The position numbers were made by a program, and so were the translations under genes. From Octopus vulgaris (Eukaryota), in NCBI GenBank assembly GCA_951406725.2, contig OX597820.1, forward strand, positions 104,842,001 through 104,906,000: 64,000 nucleotides of DNA. Direction: 5' to 3'. Positions 41,965 through 55,200 of the stretch are shown here, one piece after another. The notes under the pieces are model-generated. The model did not search any database. It was not told where the DNA came from and saw only the letters and a program-made list of their open reading frames with translations. Every line of letters starts with the position of its first letter. The stretch's first letter is position 1.

Positions 41965-44928
41965 TATAAAAAAAAACAAGTCAAGATAGAAAATGCTAAA
42001 ATAATTTTATAAAGAACATTTCAGTACCGGTTTCAGTCATTTAAGACCTTTTCAACTGTAACGATTAAATAATTAAATTTAGAAAAAATTTTTTAAAAAG
42101 TTTTTTTAAAAGAATATTTGTATAGTGTTCAAATATAAGTGGCATTTTCCTTGTTTCTGCCTTTCTCTGTCTCTCTTGTTTACACTTGTTAATTCTTGGT
42201 AGGGAAGAAGAAGGATGAGGAGAAGGGGGGAAGAATTTGGAAGTGCCTTGATTGTAGTATTTTGAGTGGTCAGTGGCCACTAGCAGTTGCTGTTCAATTC
42301 ATGAGAATATTTCTATTTAAAGGTTTGTTTATAGGGTGTTATACTAAAAAGCATTAGTGATAAAGTTAGGAAGTAGAAGGGGAGGAGGAGGAGGAGGAAG
42401 AGAAGGAGAAGAAGAAGAAGAAGGGAGAATATGAATGAGTGGAAGTAGTGAGGTGTTGTATGACTTAAAGTTGGCACATTATGGGTTATAGCTGTGATTG
42501 GGGCTGATTTTTAATGGATTCTTAGGAATGTAATATTTGTGTGTGTATTTGTGTTATTCTAAAGCCAAGGTGGATTGTAGAAGGGGCCTGTATTTTGTAA
42601 TAAAGAGAGTTTCTTTACTTATTTGTTGGCTCGAGGTTGTATCGTCCCTGAATTGGTAGAGGGGGGAAATCCTGAAGCTTGGTGTTTTGTTGTTGGCGCA
42701 AATATCTATGTGTTGGCTGAATGCTATTTTTCTGTTTTGGGGAATATTTATCTGGGATCTGTGCAGGGCCACTCTTTTACGCAAACTATTTTTTATTTGG
42801 TCTATGTATTGCTCTTGACACCCAGAGCAGGTTAGTGTGTATATCAGGTTCTCCGAAGCACATGTGAAGTTGCCTTTCACTATGAACCGTTGTCCCTGTT
42901 TGAAGGAGAACTCTGATCCCTCAATTAGATAATTGCATATCCCGCAATTGGGTCTTCCACATTTTTTTACTGCTGGCTTCTGTGTTGATGAGCGTATTCG
43001 GGCTTGTGTTAGGAGATTTTTCAAAGATTTAGGCTGTCTCTTGCTTTTTATGATCGTGTGTGTTTGGAGGATTATGTTCATTCTGTGGTCTTTTTTTAGC
43101 AGGGGTATGTTTTGGAGGATGGTGTCGAAGGCTTCATTGTTAAGAGGGTTGTGTGTGGAGATGTATAGTAAGGCTTTTGGTCGTAAACTTTTCTTTAATT
43201 TGGGATGTCTGAGTTCCTGGATGTTGAGTTGAAGGGCACGTTGAATGCATATGTCAATAAGTGAAGGTGGGTAGTTCCTGGTGATGAGGGTATCTTTTAG
43301 TTCTTGTAGTCGTGTGTCTCTGGTGTTTGCATTAGAAACTATAGTACATATCCTTTTTGCTAGATTGAAGGGGATATTCATTCTGGTGTGTCTGGGGTGG
43401 CATGAATTGAATGGAAGATATTGCTTAGAATCTGTAGGCTTATAGTATATATGTTTCTATTACATTATTAGATTTCTTAATGAGGATGTCGAGGAAGGGG
43501 AGTTGTTGCTGGCTATATTCCATCGTGAATTGGATGTTTACGTCCAGTCCATTTAAAATTGCTTGGAATTCTTTGAGTTTCTCTATATTTTCATGCCAAA
43601 GAATGAAACAGTCATCTAGGTATCTCTTCCAGTTGTTTTCTATGTAGAGGGAGAAAGGGCTACCATATCTTTCTAGAACCTTACGATACAGACTGATTTC
43701 TAGATATCCCATGACTAGGTTGGCAAAGGAGGGAGCCATTCGCGTTTTTGTCAGTAGAAGTTGTCTTTGAAGGCGAAGAAGTTACTTTCCAGGATGAATT
43801 TAACCCTTCTATCACGAATTCTTTTTTGATGCGATGTGGGAGTTCGTTGGCATGATTCTCTAGCCAGAATTGAATTGCCTCTATTCCTAGGTTGTGGGGG
43901 ATATTGGAATAGAGGTTGACTACATTGAAGGATACTAGTAGGGTGTTTTTGTTTTTAGTATTAGGTAGGTGATTGAGCATATCCAGGTCGTCCCTTATAT
44001 AGCTTTTGACATGTTTGAGGAGTGGTTTTAAGAGGGTGTCTAAAAAGTTACTGAGACGGTGGGTTTCGCATGCAGGACCTGCTATTATGGGTCTCAATTT
44101 GAGGTCATTAGGATTAGGGACTTTAATTATTTTGTCTGTGGCTATCTTGCATGCGTTACTTATTTTCTCACTTTTGTGTATCTTAGGAATATCATAGAAT
44201 TGGCTGGTTTTACTTGTGAAATTGGTCATATAGTCATATTCTTTGTCGGTGAGCCCTTTTTTGTATGGGTTTAACATGGATTTTAGTTCCCTCATTATTT
44301 TTTGTTGACTGTAGTTTTGTGCCTTTTCATAATATGTTGTGTCTTCCAACATAGATAGTACTAAAGTTATGTAAAATGTTGTGTCCATTAAGACAACTGC
44401 ACTCCCTTTATCGGCCTCTTTGATTGTTATTGTTTTGTCATGTTTTAATTTGTTCAGCTCAGCCCATTCTTTTTTGCTGAAGTTTGGTTTGTGTTTTTGT
44501 TTGTGCACACCTATATAATAGCTACCGTCCCAACCACCACATTCCTTTTTTAGACCCAATACGCAAACACAGAGACACAAGATAGCACCAAACAGGCAGG
44601 AGGAACCAAAAGTGATAAAAATTATCAATCTAACTCACAATGAACTAACAGCAAACCAAATAAATATACTATCCAAAGGACTCAAGTTTACACCCACCCC
44701 ACAACACCCCAACTACAATGAAATGAAAGAAGACATCGCAGAATTCTGTAGAAAATTACGACTTACTGAGGAGCTATACGACAAATACGAGGACGAATTG
44801 TTGGTCAGAAATAGGAGTAACTACACCCCCTCAAAAGATAAGAACAAAACACTTGATCATTTCTGTGAACACATCCCGAATTACCCATATCAACATATGC
44901 ACAAACAAAAACACAAATCAAACTTTTC
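41965..44928 (-). mobile_element. Penelope-like element (RT plus GIY-YIG) with inverted 5' segment (44510-44928, +)
   Basis: IKEADKGSAVV, LRPIIAG, LYSNIPH, MAPSFANL, WKRYLDDCF, LPFLD, CGRPNCGIC, NLIYTLTCSGCQEQYI; several frameshifts. Confidence 0.95.
42022..42058 (-). ncRNA. Minimal hammerhead ribozyme (U3-A8 core variant) in the Penelope 3' end
   Basis: cag-TTGAAAA-ggtc ttaaat gact-GAAA-ccgg-TA-ctg. Confidence 0.6.
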
Positions 44929-45497
44929 CTGCTGCAAGTGTGCAACATCGCTGGGGTTCTGTATTTTCTGTGAGACTTTCGTATCATCTGCATAGCTTGC
45001 CAGAGTGGCTATCTGGGCATTTGAGGGCATATCTGAGAGGGCCACTATAAAAAGCAGTGGTCCCAAGACTGTGCCCTGTGGAACACCACTCACTATTTGT
45101 GTGTTCATAGAGGTGGCTCCATTAGCCACTACTGCCTGACTCCTAACTTTCAGGAAGTCATGTAACCACTCTCCAAGTTTTCCAGCAATGCCAAGGTTAT
45201 GCAGTTTGTGGCATATCATACCATGATCCACCTTGTCAAAAGCTTTTGCAAAATCAAGGTATATTATGTCCACATTTGATTTGTTGAGTAACTGCCTCAA
45301 CACCCAGTCATAATGCAGTAAGAGCTGGGTCAGGCAGTTCCTACCTGGTCGAAAACCATGCTGGGTATCACTCAGCAAGTTATTTTCTTCAAGGAATGCG
45401 ATTAGTTTCCCTCTGACTATCCATTCCATGACGTTGCTGATGTGTGAAGTAAGAGAGATAGGCCTATAGTTTTTGGCATCTGCTCTACTTCCCCATT
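44929..45497 (-). mobile_element. CR1-group LINE RT fragment
   Basis: QHGFRPGRNCLTQLL, DIIYLDFAKAFDKVDH, SGVPQGTVLGPLLF, YADDTK. Confidence 0.95.
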
Positions 45498-45530
<33 letters not shown>

Positions 45531-45603
45531 ATTACTCAACAAATATATACACATATATATACATATATATATACACACACACACACATATATATATATAT
45601 ATT

Positions 45604-45635
<32 letters not shown>

Positions 45636-45665
45636 CATATAAATATATATACATATATATATATT

Positions 45666-45713
<48 letters not shown>

Positions 45714-45877
45714 CATATATATCCAACTAAAAGGCAAAGGCCAATACAGCTTGGCACCAGTGATATCGCAACTCATTTCTACAGCTGGAGCAATGTGAAA
45801 TAAAGTGTCTTGCTCAAGAACACAACACGCAGCCCGGTCCAGGATTATATACTGGCACTATATACTAGATATATACA

Positions 45878-46251
45878 CTAGCACTATGACCCGGCGTTGC
45901 TAGGTCATAGTGCTAGTGCACGCATATACAGCTGCATGCGTGCGCACATACACGCGAGTACTGTCCAAATCTCCAACCAATCACATACAGCTAGCTGGCA
46001 TTCAATTGGCGTATCAAGTTTCAGGCATTTTGATTGGGTTTTGGATAGAAAATTCACAAAAAAGTCACTTCTATTGATTTTTTAATGGCTTTGCGGGGTG
46101 ACTGGGGAAATGTAAAGATGTGCACGACCACCCTTGGACGATTTGGAATGACCATAGAAAGTGCGAGCTCTCTAACTGAAAATTTGTGGATTTGTATAAA
46201 GGACACGCACACACACAGACAGACATTTTGCCGTTTATATATAGAGAGAGA
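45878..46251 (-). mobile_element. Non-autonomous Helitron (374 bp)
   Basis: 5' TC start, 3' hairpin plus CTAG, inserted at A|T; 5' ~330 bp near-identical to 55069-55392. Confidence 0.9.
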
Positions 46252-46525
46252 TATACTATATAGGTAATAGATATATAGTATATAGAGAGGAGTTGTGAGA
46301 AACATACGTACACATAATTCGTATTTAGAAATAGTCAAAGAGAGACAAGTAAGAATATTTTAAAAATACAAAACATGAGTTAAGTCCCTTACATATACAT
46401 AGCATTTCATATAAAAAAAATCATAAAACAATTGATAATTTTGTTGTATTTTCATTTTGTTTGGAGAAGGGGAAGTAACAGATAGCTTTTGTTTTATTCC
46501 TTGAACCGCATAGATGGAGCACAAA

Positions 46526-46575
46526 ACTCAACGTTGCTTAACTTCGGTGATCGGACGAGAACCGATACTTTCAAC
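46526..46575 (-). pseudogene. 5S rRNA fragment (5' half only)
   Basis: gttgaaagtatcggttctcgtccgatcaccgaagttaagcaacgt matches invertebrate 5S rRNA nt ~18-65, including box A. Confidence 0.85.
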
Positions 46576-47144
46576 CAAATTCCCAGAGCAAATGCTTTTC
46601 AGTTTTTGGGGGGTTTTTTTAATTTTATTTATCAATTTTTTTCCTTCTGCAACTGAATTTAAATGGAAGCTCAATATTGTCTGCTTTCTCTCAGATGGTG
46701 TATGTACCAGGATAGATTCAACCAAGTGCAAATGTATGACCTTGTAATATGAGAAACCATTATTAAAAGTTTTTTCTAAATATGCCACTTTGCACCAATT
46801 TAAACAAAGCGATATAGAATTAATATAAAATTAGGAGCACAACTAAATTCTTCATAATCCTAAATTTTTAACATTTAGCTGAAAATATTAAATGTAGTCA
46901 ACTCTACTTTTCGTGTCCAAAATGAAATTTAAACAAGTACAAAGGTAATTCAATTTAAGGAAGATAATTGCAACACAGAAAAAGAACTATTCTATAGTAA
47001 TTTAAAATTTGTAAATTTGTTATTTTATTGACCAGGTTTTTGAGGTTATGAACTTGTTACTTTAATAATCAGTTATTAAATGTATTAAGTTTAGTTTCAT
47101 AGACTAGCAGGTCTCAGTTGTAGAAACTTCTTTTTTATCTAAAC

Positions 47145-47387
47145 CAGTGGTTCTCAATTGGGGTCCACATGACCCTTGGGGGTTCATTTAAGAATTTGTT
47201 GTTAAAATTTATGGGCAATAAATTCGTTATTATTCTACAATGCACAAAATATTTAAATTTTTTTATACATTTCCTAATAATATTTAATAACAATAGGATT
47301 TTTAAGCATTGAATGGTTTCAAGGGTCCATCAGAGTGAAACATGAATCAAGAGGGTCCGTAGGAAAAAAATTGGTTGAGAAACACTG
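47145..47387. mobile_element. hAT (Charlie-like) MITE
   Basis: TIRs cagtggttctcaa / ttgagaaacactg; 8-bp TSD atctaaac / atcaaaac. Confidence 0.9.
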
Positions 47388-47640
47388 ATCAAAACAATAC
47401 TAAGAGACAGCCAAGGAATGTGGAAGAGCAAGAAACATCCAACCCAACAACATTGAGGTGCATTTAGTTTCTACCACCTAGGGTGGCCCTTGAGTTTTCT
47501 ACATGTCCAACACAAACAAAACATTAAAAAAATTGCCATGTGGACCACCTCTTTGCTTGCCTCTTCTTTAGCTATGTTACCAACTTAGAATACTTAGTTT
47601 CATCCCTCTGCATTTTGAGTTCAAATGCCACTGAAGTCAG

Positions 47641-49666
47641 GTTTTTCTTTCCTTCACATACAAAGTAAACGAAATAATTACTAGTCATACACAGCAATTT
47701 ATTGTATCAACTACATTACCACTGATAGAAAAACCTCCATTAATCTGTAGCACCATGTACCTCTCTACCCATACAGGGTAATCTTTCTTGTGGCAATGAC
47801 ATCCTAAACAAGAATGACAGTTCATCACATACATCACACCTGCATGTGCTTTCAGACGTCGACATTTCAGTGCTTTTATGCTTTGACCCTTCACTACTCT
47901 AGAGTTCATTTCTATTGCCCCTGTCATGATGTGTTGGTGGTGCTTCTCTACTTCATGCAGTCAACTACAAGAGTCTCTCAGCACTTAATGTCAGTCAAGA
48001 ACCTTCATGTCTCTCTTGCAGATATTAATTGTAGCTCTGTTAGGGATGGCTTGTTGTTCTCCATCCATTTTCCAATTCCATTTAAAGATGCAACCATCCA
48101 CAATGGACATGGCCCCAAATGAGCAGTGTGCATCCTGATGAAGCTAGTACAGGTGGAAACCCCAATATTTTCACCCAGCAAATTACTTTGTCTTGCTATG
48201 AAATCCTCAAGATGTGACAGACACTATTCAAATGGAAAGAGCTGACTCTTCTCTCCTACTGTGCATACATACTGTCATCTTAGTCTTAATTGTTAGTTTG
48301 GTGGAACGGGCAATGTAGTTGCTGCATTTTGAATTCTCTTATCGATTTCTGTATCCAAGATGTCAGTCTGAAACAGGTGATCTAGAGGACAACATCTGGT
48401 TCATAGCTGTTGACGGTAATGACTGACAGACTTTCAGTGTCCTGTCTTCAAGCTGACAGTCAGTCCAAAGTCTTTGCAGGTTAGGGAAAAATGATATACT
48501 AGTGTCTGAAGTGGTTGTTGAATGTGGGTTCTAAGTGCTACATCATTAGCAATAGGGTGTCTCTAATGAAGGTTTTTGCAGATATTGGTTTCCAATCTGG
48601 GACAGGCAAGATTGGAAACCCACCTACTATCAGAATTGATGTAGAGATAAACTTCCTTTGTTGCAGTACCAAAAGCATGTTTCAGAAGCAAGAAAACCCC
48701 AAAGAACATAAGGACAAGAACACATGTTTGCTTGGTTTTACTGCATATGTCAAGAGGCATGGAGAAGTTGCTACTGAACTACATTGTTCTTGTAATGTTG
48801 TTGTGGAAAGAGACAGTCAACCTCTACACTTTTGGCAGCTGGCATATGTCTAGAAGAAGTGGGAAAAGTCTTTCTCTGCTAACCAGATCAATGCCTTGGT
48901 TAGGTCAATGCAAATGACAAACAGGGGCACTTACCATTCTCTACACTTCTCATATCCAATGACCTTTCAGTGTAAGAAATTAATTTTAGCTAACCAGATA
49001 ACCAAGAACATTAAGTCAACAGAAATGATAAAGCAGACTAACTACCACTCCAAAGTAGGCAAATTAGAGTAAAAAAAAAAATCAATCACATACCTAGTCA
49101 AACTAAAACAATAAAAGGGCAGAAATTTAGCAGAAAGGGTACTGTTGAACTTAATGCTTAACTCAAACTGGCAATTCCCTTTTCATTCGACTAGGGCCTC
49201 CAACAGTAGAAATATACAAAATCAATTCTACCAACTATAACCATTCGCATAAAGATATTCACATACCTTTTAATAAAATTTAATTAATATCTGCAAGAGA
49301 GACATGAAGGTTCTTGACTGACATTAAGTGCTGAGAGACTTGTAGTTGACTGCATGAAGTAGAGAAGCACCACCAACACATCATGACAGGGGCAATAGAA
49401 ATGAACTCTAGAGTAGTGAAGGGTCAAAGCATAAAAGCACTGGAATGTCGACGTCTGAAAGCACATGCAGTGTGATGTATGTGATGAACTGTCATTCTTG
49501 TTTAGGATGTCATTGCCACAAGAAAGATTACCCTGTATGGGTAGAGGTACATGGTGCTACAGATTAATGGAGGTTTTTCTATCAGTGGTAATGTAGTTGA
49601 TACAATAAATTGCTGTGTATGACTAGTAATTATTTCGTTTACTTTGTATGTGAAGGAAAGAAAAAC
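47641..49666. repeat. Near-identical inverted duplication (~388-bp arms, ~1.25-kb spacer)
   Basis: 47641-48030 is the reverse complement of 49282-49666 with a few small indels. Confidence 0.95.
47800..48950 (-). mobile_element. Old RTE/BovB-type LINE RT fragment
   Basis: Decayed KQ.CVL...FGVF, CKDFGLTVSL and KAGM-type 3' motifs. Confidence 0.7.
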
Positions 49667-49951
49667 AGTTTGACAGGGATTTGGTTTATACTTCTTATTC
49701 CAATTGATTCTTAAAATGTGCTCTTAAATTGTAGGTACAGGTCTCAAATGTCTAGCCAAAGAGGAATGAGATTGTAAGATCCTCAAACTTTCCTTGAGAG
49801 TGTTAAAGATGTTAAATGGCTGCAACCATAAACCAAGAGTGGGTCACAGGTTTAACACTCTTAGAGATTGCCTCTATACCAACACTAATTCTTACACACA
49901 CACACGTATGTATGTATGTATGTATGCATGCATACAAGCATGTATGTATAT

Positions 49952-50418
49952 ACAGGTACACCACCAATTTTCTGTCAACTGATGGTCCGGCACCTCCTTT
50001 AACTCAGACTAATTAGGGAACTTGAAATTCCCCTGGCCACTAGTTTAGTTCACTGCAAGACCACAAGTGGCTTTGTGTGTAGTGTGTTTACAGACATTAT
50101 CTACACTGCACTTGTTAGTGGCTATACCAAAATTTTGAGAGCTCCTCTACTTATTTAGCTTAAAGTTGATCTTAGCTATGGCTACTACAAGCAAGAGAAC
50201 TGAGAGCAGCAGTGGTAATGTCAAATGTAAACGACAATTCATATACATTCAAAACAAGTAGAACTGTTGTAAAAAAATAAAACCATAGCATTTTGGTAAG
50301 TAAGCTGTGTGCTATAATTAGTAATCAATGTATATTCAGTAGATTAGAGATGAATTATGAATGTGACAGGGATGTCTTTGGAATAAAAGATACCTGAAAA
50401 TCGATGGTAAACTTGTAA
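49952..50418. mobile_element. Tigger/pogo-like MITE
   Basis: TA-caggtacaccaccaattttc ... gaaaatcgatggtaaacttg-TA; internal similarity to 33290-33520. Confidence 0.6.
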
Positions 50419-52287
50419 CAATATACCTTACCTTAAAACTTCAGCTCCCCTAGATGGAGGCATAAGAGTATCATCATAAGCCTACAGCATGTCTTCAAGA
50501 CATTTTAGACCTGACAGAACCCATCCCTCTCCAGGTCTTATCACAACCACAGGAAAAGAATATGAAAGAGACAGAGAAGAACCAGCACCAATACCAAGCC
50601 GATATTTTAGCAACCCTGAAAGGATGAAAGGTAAAATTGACCTCAGATCGAACTGAACTCAGAATGCAGAGAACCAGAGCAAAGCAATTTAACTAGTACT
50701 CTAAAGACTCTATTGGCTACCTAATGTGTGTATATATATATATAGGTATATATTAAATGTGCTATAAATGAGATTCTTCAAGTAAGAAAACAGTGACTGG
50801 CACATTCTATATACATGCTTATTAACAAGAACAAATGGACTACTTAAGTAACAATAATTTACCAAGAATAAATAAAGGTTGTTTTAATTATTTTAGAAAG
50901 CTACTTCAAGTGATGTTAAGTGTTCTTTAGTGTATCAAGTGTCGTTTCAGCTGAAACTATCCTGATAAAAAAAAACAATAATATATGAAATGTCAATTAA
51001 AAGCCCTTATCATATCAAAAAAGTACAGGGAAATGGATACAAATGAAATATCAACCATGTTTCAGTCACATTTTTGTCAGTTTGAATCATCATCATCATC
51101 AATTGACATGGGCTGGACAATTTGACAGGATCTGACAGGCCCAAGGCCTGTATCATACTCCCATGTCTGCTTTGGCATGGTTTCAACAGCAGGATAACCT
51201 CCTTAATGCCACCCACTTCAAAGTGTGTAATGGATGCTGTTTTCATTCCATTAACACTAGTGAGGTCACCATGCAGCTGGCAAGATTACAAACCCTGAGG
51301 TGAAAGCTTTACACTAAGAGATGAGGGATAAAAGTGTAGAAGGGGGTTTGCAGTTTTTGTCAGGGATAAAATCTCTTCATAGACATGCTGTGTTAAAAAC
51401 AATATACATGTCAAAGCAAGACAAACATCATTCTAGCAGTGACTCAAGAGAACATCAGATGTGTTTCAGCTTCCATGCTCACTAGTTACATGAGAGTTTT
51501 AAAATAATAACAATTATTGTTGTTGTTTAGCATAATCAGTAGAGCATTGGACAAAATGCCTTACATCATTCTGGAAATGGCTTTTCAAGATCTGATTTGA
51601 AATCCCAGTGGTCAACTTTGCCTTCATCCTCTCAAGGTTGATAAAATAAAATAGCAAGTAACAGGTATTAAGTAGGTAACTAGATCTATCGTGAATCTAC
51701 AGATTCATTAGGTTTCATCTCTTCTGAACAAGATGACGGTCTTTCATAAGCTGTTGCAGCAGCTCATTTTCAGCTGAGTGGACTGAAGCAATGTGAAATG
51801 AAGCATTCTGCTCAAAAACACAACATACTGCCCAGTCTGGGAATTGAAATTATGAACTTACAATCATGAGTCCAACACCCTAACAACTAGGCCATGTGCC
51901 TTCTCTAAGTAAGTTTATTGTTTTAATAAATTTTTTAGCACAAAAGTGTTCGCTAAAAGGGGATTTCCTTTCTCTAAGAAAAATCTGTTTCAATCTGCAA
52001 TTCACACACATACACAGACACATATATAATTCCATTGTATTTTGTGATATTCTTTCTATATCATCTAGTGCTAGGTTTTCTGTACATGGGGTAAAAAACA
52101 GAATGGTCATGGTTGGAATACCTTAGATCAGAGTCAACAGTTTAACCTTATTTCTATTGAAATACACCACCTTTGTTTCAATTAATTTTGAAAATAACAA
52201 AATCTTTAGTAAAATAACTCATCATAATTAAGCTGGTGTTTGGAATATAAATTAACCTGGAATTTTTATGGAAAGTTTTACTTTAGA

Positions 52288-55200
52288 CTAGCACTATGAC
52301 CTGGCGTTGCCAGGTCATAGTGCTAGTTTATAATCATTTGGTCTTGCAAAACCTCGGGGTAAACAATATTTCTGGTTTTACCCTCAGGGGCATATACAAA
52401 CAGGGCATTCTTACTTCCAACACGGGAGCAGGCAACATAAAGTTGCCCATGTGAAAAGCAAGGCTCGCCCAAATGTACTCCCGCGACTGAGAGTGTTTGT
52501 CCCTGCGATTTGTTAATTGACATTGCAAAGCAAAGCTTCACCGGAAATTGCGTCCGGCAGAAAGTAAAGGAAATGTCTGATGGTGCAGAAAATATGTCCA
52601 TTCTTACAATGAAGACGGTTTTCCCCCCTTTCCTTGTCCCATTATGATGATCGCTTCAATCAAGTCATTGGACAATAACTTGACGACCAATCGCGTGCCG
52701 TTGCACTGTGTCGGCGGATGCAAATGCCAGATTAGCACAATGGGATAGCCCACTCTCAGCCACAGAGTGTGAGGTGGAAGCCCTGATTGCATCAAAGCGT
52801 GCAACAACTCGATCGGGATTTGGGCAGCTTCCTGTGGGTCTGGGATTCTGTCAATTGACTTGTAGACACGTTTCTCATGCTGAATTCGGTTGAGGAGTTG
52901 TTCGTTGATGTCATCTAAGGAAACGTTTTTGGGAGCCAAGATGGCTCTTTTGCTGAGATATGCCATGTCGGCATACTTGTTTTGCAAATCCGGCAAAACC
53001 AAGTCATAGAGGTTGGAAGGGCGTTCAACTGAACTGCAAAGGTGTGAGATGGAGATTTCACTTTTATCATTTTTGGGAACCTTCCCTTCCCCAAGGTCTA
53101 AAAGGTCAACGATGCAGAGGTTGCGTCAGCGAGTAAGTGGGCGCGCATGTTTGTTTCTAACCGATATGTATCCACTTTTGTCCACAACTCAGAAGACTTT
53201 AGGCACGCTTGGACCTCATCAGCCCTGGTACCCTTGGGGATGATGGGAAGTGTTTGGCGGAAGTCGCCGGAAGTCACCTATCCACAGCTTCAAGAGCACC
53301 CTTATGTGCCATGGTGCACTCATCCAATACGATCAAATGACAACATTTCAGGACGTCTGCTTTATCTGAATTTTTTTTAATATTACATGTTGTAGCCTCG
53401 GACCTTACAAAATCCAAAGGCAGTTTAAATGTAGAATGTGCTGACCCAGGAGCAACGTAGTCACGAGGCCAGAGATTGCCACGGCCAGTGCAATTTTCTT
53501 GTCCCGATGAACCTGGGCAAGAATTAATTTAGTTACAAAAGTTTTGCCAGTGCCCCCAGGAGCATCGAGAAAGAAAATTCCACCTGACCCTTGATTGACG
53601 GCATGAACGACAATATCGTATGCCTGCCGTTGATCATCCAGGAGTTTGGGTTCATTTTCCCTGATGAATCCCGAAATGGTACCGATCTTCTCCGTAGGCA
53701 AAAAGTAGTGGGTATTGTAACACGTCATAGGAGTGATGGGTTTCCCGAATCCTCTGAAGGCCACCACCACATTTTGCAATGACTACGTCTCTTGGGTTGG
53801 ATTGGTCCCCATGCAGAAGAACTGCCACCTCATTGCACGTGGGAGCATTGTATCGGCCAGGATGTTCGCCAGACAGTCGACTGTCGGCATCAATGATGAT
53901 TTTGAAGTTGGGTGAATCCATTGATTCCAGGGCGTACTTCAAGCTCGTAATATACATGTTGTTGTTATGGAGCATATTTTGAAGCCCCAGAAGAACCTCT
54001 CTGTTGAAAGTTGGAGTGTCTTGGTTGTTGCCTCTGCGCTGTGGGAAGATGGCTTCTCTAGCAGCGGCCTGCCTATCGTAGTTGGAGATGAAGTATAACT
54101 GCAAAAACGCCGGTGAGTTGTTGTCTCTTGGAAGCAAAGATCCAATCAGGTGGTACACCTACCCTTGAACTTTGAATGTTGGCATCCACCCTTGTTCTCG
54201 GACAACTTTGGCGCCGAAAGAAGTCATCTGGAATGCAGAATTGTAGGTCTGAATGGCTTGTAGGAAGTCCAATGATCTTGGTGCAGTGTCAGCGAGAAGG
54301 TCCCAAAGAGGCTGTGGAGGGTTTCAAAGAGGAGGGAGCTGGACTTTGCCATTGGAACAGCACATGCCGGACGTTACACTAGGCCAGTTCATAGCGTTGC
54401 AGTGTTCGCAGATTGAGCGCATATTTCCAATACGAATGTCAGTGCAAGAGGAGTAATTCATCGTCGGAACATAGTTGAAGGCCTTCATGCCCCAGAATTT
54501 AGGCTTTGGGCTTGAAATTGTAATCTTTTCCTCTTGTCGTGCAGTTGTAGCCTGCAGCCTTGTGCGCCTCCGCTTGGGGCTTTCTGTTGATCGCGTGATG
54601 GCCGTGGCAGCAGCATCTTGAGAACGGCGGGCCTGTGTTTGTTCTGGAGTTTTGGCAGCCTTTGCGGTGGCCATGGCAGCAGCATTCTGAAAACGGCAGG
54701 CCTGTGTTTGTTCTGGAGTTTCAGCAGCCTTTGTGGTGGCCATGGCAGCAGCATTCCGAGCTAATCAAATAGATCTGTCTTGGGGTTTTTCATTGGCCCG
54801 TCTGGCCCTCTTAGCCTCTGAATCAGCCGTCCTTCTCCCAATGCGTGGTCTCTTTTTTGGGGGCATTTTAGTTAATCAACAAAATGTAGGTGAACCGGAA
54901 ATGGGTTTGGTTATGTGAACTGAGGTAACTAATTCCCAACAAACAATACCACACTTTTTTAAACGAAAAAATGTTTCCTTATGTTAAAAAATACTGAAAA
55001 TCGATTTAGGCAATTATTTAGGCATTACTCAAAACGTGTACTGGCCTCTTAGTTTGCGCATTGAGTCATGCATGCATATACAGCTGCGTGCGTGCGCACA
55101 TACACGCGAGTACTGTCCAAATCTCCGACCAATCACATACAGCCAGCTGGCATTCAATTGGCGTATCAAGTTTCGGGCATTTTGATTGGGTTTTGGATAG

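Noticed and set aside
43681-44628. Hydrophobic N-terminus of the Penelope ORF as a signal or TM segment
   Set aside because: Antisense read-through of the inverted 5' segment
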